Below the pieces are notes generated by a model. That model was not told where the DNA came from. It made no database searches and worked only from the letters and a program-made list of their open reading frames with translations. This document shows, in pieces, positions 57,473 through 64,000 of a stretch of DNA of 64,000 nt (within the stretch, counting starts at the first letter, position 1; each line of letters begins with the position of its first letter). The stretch is taken from positions 192,001 to 256,000 of the forward strand of contig CAVPIW010000005.1 in the NCBI GenBank assembly GCA_963705105.1, read 5' to 3'. Source of the stretch: an uncultured Nitrospiraceae bacterium (lineage in GTDB: Bacteria > Nitrospirota > Thermodesulfovibrionia > Thermodesulfovibrionales > Dissulfurispiraceae). Position numbers and translations under genes: made by a program.

Positions 57473-57612
57473 TCAAAAGAATCTGCTCCACTCTTTCACC
57501 TGCTGTAGTTTATCGAGGACGAGTTCTACGGTGACACGGGTTCCTATAATTGCAGGCTTGCCTATCATGACAGGTGGGTTGGATACTCTGAATTCTGGGT
57601 TTGACTTTGCAT
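57473..57612 (-). pseudogene. Frameshifted DUF433 antitoxin remnant
   Basis: PPVMIGKPAIIGTRVTVELVLDKL out of frame with the ATG after GAGGTG. Confidence 0.65.
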
Positions 57613-57642
57613 GTAATCACCTCACGGTATGTTCATTGCGTG

Positions 57643-57733
57643 GCCCAACATCGAGTTGAGAGGGATATAATAATGATGCCCGCCCGAGGCGGCGCGGGAT
57701 TAGGGGTACCTTCGCTCGAAAGACTTGACTCCA
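57643..57733 (-). other. Orphan degenerate attC site
   Basis: Aligns with attC 32770-32861 (CGAGTTGAG, GCCCGCC.GAGGCGG, ACCTTCGCTCGAA.GACTTG); R' GTTGGGC intact, R'' lost. Confidence 0.7.
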
Positions 57734-57820
57734 AACTCAAATGTCAAACCCCACGTCGAACAAGTCAACGACTTCCTTAATACGGCCATACGCGCCTGAA
57801 CCGCACTGTCCACAGTGCAA

Positions 57821-58750
57821 TCAATCAAAGGACTTGTATATCTGCGTGTAATGGTAGCTAAGGCTATCTTCACGCAGCTTGTGCTTTAATGACTTCAACT
57901 TTGTGCCTTTTCCAGATTTCCAATGCTCAACTATTAACGATTTCGGATTCAAAGCAATTACCCCAAGATCTAGCATCGCATGATGCTGCGGGCAAACAAC
58001 TAAGATATTTGATTTGCCATCTTTGCCATTGTGAGGCGCACCAACAGGCCTCAAATGATGAGTTTCCGCATATCGTTTTCCATTTGGCAGCTCGATGGTT
58101 TCGCCGCAGATTTGACATTCGTAACGATACTGCTCCTTAAGTTGTTTGACGACGTTACCGTCTCGAACTATTCTCTGAGTGAACAGATCTTTCCTCAAGG
58201 GAGACGTCATTTCATCATATGAATCAATCACCGCCTCTCCAGCTTTGCCAAAAGTACTCGTTGTGGAACCCAAGAAGACCATAATATCTCTTTTCTGTTC
58301 TGGATTGAAATCGACCATTAATGAAATCAGTGTATCAAATCCATCAGGAGTAATACCAAGAACCGATCCCCGATTGACTCTTACGAATTCGATAGCACGA
58401 TCTGCATTCTTCGATTCCCTAATTGCAGCGTATGGAACGGGTCGGTTGAGTCTAACTCTTGGGCTTGGTTTTAGGTCAAATGTATTATAATTGCAGCCAT
58501 CAGGCGATTGATATCCATTGGACATCAAATAACCGAGACCAATCACACCTTCCTTCGCCTGGTACGCAACTGCAATATCGCCTCTACGCATCTTCTTAAT
58601 ACGAGCAAAGGACACTGGAGACTTAATCCATTCCTCTCCACCCCATTCAAATTTCTTAGGGTCAGTGTAATCCTTTAAAATATCGTCCCAATGCCACTCG
58701 ATGCTTGCCGTAACCCACCAGTATTGAATGTTGCCCAAAGCACCTGCCAT
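57821..58750 (-). CDS. EVE/PUA-like domain plus HNH endonuclease
   Basis: YWW..KMRRGDIAVAY N-domain; CQICG..ETHHL..NILVVCPQHHAMLD HNH. Confidence 0.75.
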   Translation of the reverse strand: MAGALGNIQYWWVTASIEWHWDDILKDYTDPKKFEWGGEEWIKSPVSFARIKKMRRGDIAVAYQAKEGVIGLGYLMSNGYQSPDGCNYNTFDLKPSPRVRLNRPVPYAAIRESKNADRAIEFVRVNRGSVLGITPDGFDTLISLMVDFNPEQKRDIMVFLGSTTSTFGKAGEAVIDSYDEMTSPLRKDLFTQRIVRDGNVVKQLKEQYRYECQICGETIELPNGKRYAETHHLRPVGAPHNGKDGKSNILVVCPQHHAMLDLGVIALNPKSLIVEHWKSGKGTKLKSLKHKLREDSLSYHYTQIYKSFD

Positions 58751-58793
58751 AGTCTACACTCCGCTCTTTATTTTCTGTGGCATATTGTCTCGA

Positions 58794-59138
58794 CTAGCAG
58801 TTTGTCCTGCTTGCCTCTTGGATCCCCCCCGAGAAGCCTTGAGCATCATCGGAAAACAAGAAGTTGCCCTGTTTATCATACATATTGACGGTCCCATAAA
58901 ATAGTTCTCTAGTCTTGCAGTTAATCCTTACCTTTATCGTTGCATAACCCTTTTCCTTATTGATTAAGGTCATAACCTCATAAAGGTTGTGACTAACTTT
59001 ATTTACACTCCTCTTATCGTATGAATAGCCATCATCATATTCAATCCAAGTCGGTTTGCTATATGTTGGAGAACTCCAAAGTGCTATGATAGCCATAAAT
59101 AATGTAATAGCAGAATATTTGATAATGACCTTTGTCAT
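58794..59138 (-). CDS. Exported hypothetical protein, possibly truncated
   Basis: Signal peptide, W..YDKRSV..INCKTRE; AGGAG RBS; AT-rich. Confidence 0.5.
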   Translation of the reverse strand: MTKVIIKYSAITLFMAIIALWSSPTYSKPTWIEYDDGYSYDKRSVNKVSHNLYEVMTLINKEKGYATIKVRINCKTRELFYGTVNMYDKQGNFLFSDDAQGFSGGIQEASRTNC

Positions 59139-59252
59139 GCTCTTCTCCTTCCAGATATCCTTAATAGCTCGTTCTTTTTCGATATACAATTGTTATTATC
59201 AGTATAATTTAATGACTTATATGCCTTATCACATCGTTAGTGCAAATAGTTT

Positions 59253-59594
59253 TTAATAAGTTTTACTGTCAGCAATTGCCATAAATTTTCGACCATCTCT
59301 CAAAGTACAAACAAAACATAATTCCTTTTTATTTCCACCTTTAAGTACGCCCGCAAGCCCCGCCGCTAAAGCAACTGGTGCAGCTATGACCCCGCCAAGA
59401 ACAGCACCTGTTATTCCCCAGCCAGCACTTCCCAATATTTTCTTTTTATTCTCTTCCGTCAGTAACTCAATATTTTCAATTTGATCTTTTAAATCAAAGC
59501 TCTTTCCCCAGCCCCAGACTAAATTGGCCTGTCCCAAAAAGGTTGATAATGATGCATTTTGTGGGAAGTCGCCAGCTATTATTTTAAAAGACAT
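59253..59594 (-). CDS. Hypothetical protein with glycine-zipper segment
   Basis: GSAGWGITGAVLGG..AGLAGVL; GGAGGGAG RBS. Confidence 0.55.
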   Translation of the reverse strand: MSFKIIAGDFPQNASLSTFLGQANLVWGWGKSFDLKDQIENIELLTEENKKKILGSAGWGITGAVLGGVIAAPVALAAGLAGVLKGGNKKELCFVCTLRDGRKFMAIADSKTY

Positions 59595-59846
59595 GGTCTT
59601 CTCCCTCCCCTTTTAACAGCGTTAGCGAGATGTCTGCTTTATGGCAGTCACTGCCTCCTCATGAGTACATAACAAGGCAACGGCTGCCCTTCGTCACATG
59701 ATACCCCAAAAAAGGGTAGCCGTCAATGGCAAGGACAATTACCTGACGAACACTGGTGTTACAACAGGCAACAGGGAACTCTGGTTTCATGAGCAACGAT
59801 TGCTATAGGGATATCGTATCCTTCTATCAGTTTCTGTCGGCCAACG

Positions 59847-60040
59847 TCAGTCCGTTTCGGGGTCTCTCTCCTCATACAAGATGTCAGGGCATATATCCCA
59901 TACACCAGCCCACTGGATGCTGCCGAGAAACGGCCTCACACGCTTGAATGCCCGTGGGTCTCTCAGTTCTCGAAAAATCCCCTTATCGAGATGCGGATAG
60001 ATGTCAAATCGCATTGCCTCACCGTTCATTAATATGATAG
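59847..60040 (-). pseudogene. DUF2442-like remnant
   Basis: NGE..FDI.PHLDKGIFRELRD..F..SIQW..DICPDILY with no intact N-terminus. Confidence 0.55.
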
Positions 60041-60246
60041 AGAAATAGATCGGCATTTGCCTGAACTGTCGACACTCTGTGGTGCATCGTTGCGTACTAT
60101 GGATCAATTGTGAAGACGGTCTGCTTCTTAATGGTCAGCTCCCAGTCTGCCAAAAGATAGCATTTAGTGACAGCATAACGGATAAATGGCGTGAGTCATG
60201 CAAGGATGACAAGTTTTGGCGGCGTATCGGGGCTAAAACGTCTGTC

Positions 60247-61032
60247 TCATCTTCTCTTCTCGCGGTTACAGAATTTCCATCTCATTAATCCTAACCCTAA
60301 CAATCCTGCACTAAAAAGGAGAATAGTCGATGGTTCAGGAACTGCGGTTGAATTCAAGGTGACTTTAACATTGTCAATGCCAAATCCTTCGTCAAGCCAA
60401 TAATCCCACGGCTGTAAGCCAGCGCCATATAGATGAATTCTGAACGTAAGATCTTCGGCATTGTGAGGAAAGGTGAAACTCAGATTGTATTCTGAGTCGC
60501 CATACCAGTAAGAGCCGTTGCTTCCAGGCCCACCGGCTAAATACCCAAGAACATCCGTACTGGCGGATCCTGTGCCCGCCTGGTAATCTCCCGTGCCATA
60601 TGTTCCTGGATAAGCCTGTCTGTTGTAAGGCCCTGTATTGCTGAAAGTCGTCTCCATAAGAATGGGACCGTCGTCAACACTAAATTGCCAAATGTCAGGA
60701 CCGCAACAATAGTTGCTGTTTCCATCCCATGTGCTAACGACATAAAGAGAAAACGATACCGTTGCGTCGACATGTTGTGGTAAAGCGGCGAGGGTAAGTG
60801 TTACATCAAAAGGCGCACCCGTTGGGCCTGGTGTTCCCATCATCCCGAGAAACCTTTCCCCATTTGGCGCCACCTCAGTCTGATTGAATGACCACTCATT
60901 ACCAATGACCCCAAGAGAAAAATCCTCGGAATAGAAGGTCAACGTATTAGCCCTACTATTATTCGGGTTGAACAAGACTACAACAACCACAAAAGTTAAT
61001 ATGATGATGATCGTTGCTCTTAGCGCTCTCAT
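60247..61032 (-). CDS. PEP-CTERM sorting domain protein
   Basis: Signal peptide; VPEPSTILLFSAGLLGLGLMRWK C-terminus. Confidence 0.9.
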   Translation of the reverse strand: MRALRATIIIILTFVVVVVLFNPNNSRANTLTFYSEDFSLGVIGNEWSFNQTEVAPNGERFLGMMGTPGPTGAPFDVTLTLAALPQHVDATVSFSLYVVSTWDGNSNYCCGPDIWQFSVDDGPILMETTFSNTGPYNRQAYPGTYGTGDYQAGTGSASTDVLGYLAGGPGSNGSYWYGDSEYNLSFTFPHNAEDLTFRIHLYGAGLQPWDYWLDEGFGIDNVKVTLNSTAVPEPSTILLFSAGLLGLGLMRWKFCNREKRR

Positions 61033-61152
61033 ACTTTTTCATCCCTCCTTTACAATAAAATTTGAGTCCGAAAGGGCTTACCTTCATGCAACCCGATATC
61101 TTTCTCTTCTGTATGCCTGAAAAGAACGACTATCGAAGGGTAACGTCTATAA

Positions 61153-63103
61153 CCCATCTTCTACAGTAGCAAGAAAATAACTTTCTTATAACAAGGGGAT
61201 ATGAGGGCGCAAGAAGGGCGTGGCACTAGGAATCCCCTTGTCAGCTTCACGCTCACTGTCATGACGTCTCCATGTCCAATGCAGTCTGATTCAGTATCCT
61301 GACTGTCGGCGGCACAGCCACGCCCGCCGCCTGAAACGCCTTGCCGGCTTGTCCCTTGAGGTCGCTCCGGAGAAGGACCTCCTTCGTACCGGTCCGGATC
61401 GTCACTTCTTCGACCCTCTCCAGGTCACGGATCACATCAGCCCATTCCGCCTGCCACCCCTTCCTTTCCATCCGCCCCTGCAGTTCCTTGATCAGCACCA
61501 ATGCAAGGAAACTGCAGAACACATGCCCCCGGATCGTCTCGTCACACTTGTGGTAGATGGGCTGCGTGCTGAGGATGCTCTTCATGCTCCGGAAGATCTG
61601 CTCCACCATCCACAGCTGCTTGTACTGCAGCGCCACCTCCCGCGCCGGCAGTGTCGTGTTCGTCCTGAGGACCCACTTGCCGTCATACCGTCCCTCCGCC
61701 TTGATCTTGTCCTCATCGATCCCGAACCTCTGCCCCGTCGCCTTGAGGTACTTCCGGTACCCCTTGTTGCCCACCAATGTCTTGTGTCCCTGCTGCAGTT
61801 TGTCCCGCAGGGAGGCAACGATACTCTGCCGGTCAAGAGCGTCTTTCTTGGCCTGATCCTCGTTGTAACAGACGACGTACCGTCTGTCGTCAACACGCAC
61901 GTCCTTGACTTTCAGCGGTGAGGGCGCTTTGCTGTCCGCACCCTTGGGATACACTTCCTCATACCTGCCCGCCCGGCTGAGCACCTCCTGGGTGACCTCT
62001 TTCTGTCTCCTCATCCGGGCGCCCAGGATGTACGGGACCTCCCCCGTCTGCAACTCCTTGACCGTCGCCGCGCTGATCATCCCCCGGTCCGCCACGACAC
62101 AGACCCGCTGGATCCCAAACCGCTTGCGTAATCTCTCGGTGACGGGAAGAAGGCTCTTGACGTCCGTCGTGTTGCCCGGCCACAACTCACAGCACAACGG
62201 CCGACCCGCGCTGTCGATGATCACACCCACCACCATCTGCAGAAGGTCAGGCCGGTGGTCCTTGCTGTTGCCCAACTGCCCGATCTCCTCTCCCCCATTT
62301 CCTTCAAAATAGATGCTCGTGGTGTCAAAAAACACCAGGGTGAGATCTGTAAACAGGTCCCTCCGGCGCTCAAAGATCCCTTCTTCGATCAGGTCCTTCG
62401 TGCACCGGCAGGCAAAGGGTGTCGCCCCTTCCTGGTCGTCCTCCGGCAACTCCTCCCCTAACCATGCCATCGCCCGGTACAGGTGGTGCAGCTCGATCCC
62501 CTCCGCCGCCTCAATCCGGTAGTCGTCCTTCCACTTGTCCGCCGCCCTGTCAGAGCCCGATGCGCTGAGCCGGTGCAGCACCGTCAGATAGATCGCCCTC
62601 TCCACGGCAAACTGATACTTCCTCTGCGACAGCACGCGGGTGATCACGTCCGGGATGCCGAGTTCCTTCCATAGTCGGCCAAACACCAGAGGCAGTCCGA
62701 TCTTTTGCTGTCCCACAGACGGAACCTCTCCCTTGTCATAGGCATCAAGCAGGGCAAGCTTTTCTGAAAACCGCGCCCCCGAGCGTACGAGGCTGTCCAA
62801 AGCTCCCGATTCCCGGAGTTTATCGACACGCCCCAGGGTGGCGATGACTTTCTGGCGGACCTTGCCGTTTTCCCATCGGCTTTCAACGATCTGCAGATAG
62901 GAGCGGGGGCCGGATGGTTTGATTCTGATGAACATGACATTAATATTATACCCATTCTAATCCCTATTGGCAAGCTTATAATGGCTATGACGTGGCACTA
63001 TGTTTTGAGCTTCTTTCCAATTCCTCTCCTCATATCACCCTGTTTCTCATAGATTCTTATGTCTGATTCGGAGCGCTTTTCGGGTCCAACTGTAGAAGAT
63101 GGG
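61153..63103 (-). mobile_element. IS1634-family insertion sequence
   Basis: Perfect 15-bp TIR CCCATCTTCTACAGT / ACTGTAGAAGATGGG; 5-bp target duplication TATAA. Confidence 0.9.
61259..62935 (-). CDS. IS1634-family DDE transposase
   Basis: YLQIVES, FFDTTSIYFEG, SKDHRPD, VADRGM, YKQLWMVEQIFR. Confidence 0.92.
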   Translation of the reverse strand: MFIRIKPSGPRSYLQIVESRWENGKVRQKVIATLGRVDKLRESGALDSLVRSGARFSEKLALLDAYDKGEVPSVGQQKIGLPLVFGRLWKELGIPDVITRVLSQRKYQFAVERAIYLTVLHRLSASGSDRAADKWKDDYRIEAAEGIELHHLYRAMAWLGEELPEDDQEGATPFACRCTKDLIEEGIFERRRDLFTDLTLVFFDTTSIYFEGNGGEEIGQLGNSKDHRPDLLQMVVGVIIDSAGRPLCCELWPGNTTDVKSLLPVTERLRKRFGIQRVCVVADRGMISAATVKELQTGEVPYILGARMRRQKEVTQEVLSRAGRYEEVYPKGADSKAPSPLKVKDVRVDDRRYVVCYNEDQAKKDALDRQSIVASLRDKLQQGHKTLVGNKGYRKYLKATGQRFGIDEDKIKAEGRYDGKWVLRTNTTLPAREVALQYKQLWMVEQIFRSMKSILSTQPIYHKCDETIRGHVFCSFLALVLIKELQGRMERKGWQAEWADVIRDLERVEEVTIRTGTKEVLLRSDLKGQAGKAFQAAGVAVPPTVRILNQTALDMETS

Positions 63104-63638
63104 TATAACGATAAACGCCCTGGAACGGTACTCAATAGACCTATCCAATGCATTAAATCGCAATATTTATGCCTGTCATTTAACTTATTGATATTCAAAA
63201 AAGTCGCGCGCATGTCAGGGGAAAGTGTAAAGACCACCGACAGGCCACCTTGAAGATATGATCTGCTCATATTGCCGTTTGAAGACCTCTCTCTCCGTTA
63301 TTGTTGCAGGAAGTGTAAGATTAACCGACAAATTAATGCCATCGAGCCGTATCAGGCAAGTTAGATGCATGAGTTGATTTCGTGATCGCTCATTATCTGT
63401 GAAATTGCTTTTTTTTAATAACTTCGGGGTTTGCGGGCCACGATTGGCATAGGGATACATCCTTTGATCAGTTCCTTTCTTTCCACGTCACTCATCAAGG
63501 CAGGATTTTCATTATGGATAGGACACCCGAAAAATTGAATTATAAAGCCATTCACGCTGCGTACAAGTGTCAGGGCACAGATACTGTCCGCCAGCCCACC
63601 GTATTCTGCCGAGAAACGGGCCGGCATCACGTCTACGA

Positions 63639-64000
63639 TCAACCTTCCAGCCTCGAGGCAAGATCTGACGGTGGTGAAAACACAAACTTCCGGCCTTCTT
63701 TGCGCATATCAAGAAGCCCCATATCCCGCAGGCCCAGCAAGTCCGTTCGGGCCGTCTGGTAGGTGATGCCATGCACAATGGCGTGGGCTTCGATTGTAAA
63801 TATCCCGTCAGGCTTTTCAAGAGCGCTTGTCAGAAGCGTCCGCTGCCTCATATTCAGAGCGGGGTATTTCGCCGCAAAGCGGAATGCGCTCTTCTTCTCC
63901 CGCTGTTTTCGATCGAGATACTCGTTCAGTTTCTCTATCGCGCGGTGAATGGCCCTGAGATTATAGTAGATGAAGTACGTGACGTCGTTGTCGTCAATCT
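63639..64000 (-). CDS. Fic-family protein, C-terminal wHTH part (runs off window)
   Basis: DDNDVTYFIYYNL..LNMRQ..ITYQTARTDLLGL; Fic motif itself lies outside the window. Confidence 0.7.
   Translation of the reverse strand, partial: IDDNDVTYFIYYNLRAIHRAIEKLNEYLDRKQREKKSAFRFAAKYPALNMRQRTLLTSALEKPDGIFTIEAHAIVHGITYQTARTDLLGLRDMGLLDMRKEGRKFVFSPPSDLASRLEG

Overview
GC-rich bacterial chromosome segment; the gene repertoire and protein style suggest a Nitrospirota or deltaproteobacteria-like anaerobe (inference only). 1-27.9 kb: large surface-polysaccharide locus (wzm/wzt ABC exporter, many GT2/GT4 glycosyltransferases, SAM methyltransferases, PIG-L deacetylase, GtrB/GtrII-like and duplicated ArnT-like modification enzymes) plus a lone gspG. 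28-31 kb: decayed TA genes, tRNA-Ala(CGC), cobB. 31.1-35.8 kb: complete chromosomal integron (intI, putative attI, about 8 cassettes). 36-52.6 kb: housekeeping genes (aroD, three M16 peptidases, recN, pnp, rpsO, gltX, trm112-like, asnS, icd). 52.6-64 kb: accessory region with three intact IS elements (each with TIRs and a target duplication), a czcA scar, a zeta-toxin-like gene, an orphan attC, an EVE/HNH nuclease, a PEP-CTERM protein and a partial Fic gene. About 15 MITE-like intergenic elements of three or four families occur, some nested. The most unusual signal is in the integron: three ORF-less, hairpin-rich cassettes (one type present twice, including first position) sit at non-GTT crossovers (GAT, GTA), and each carries a perfect 21-23 bp internal mirror copy of its own excision-circle junction. 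All function calls come from motif recognition by eye; no searches were run.
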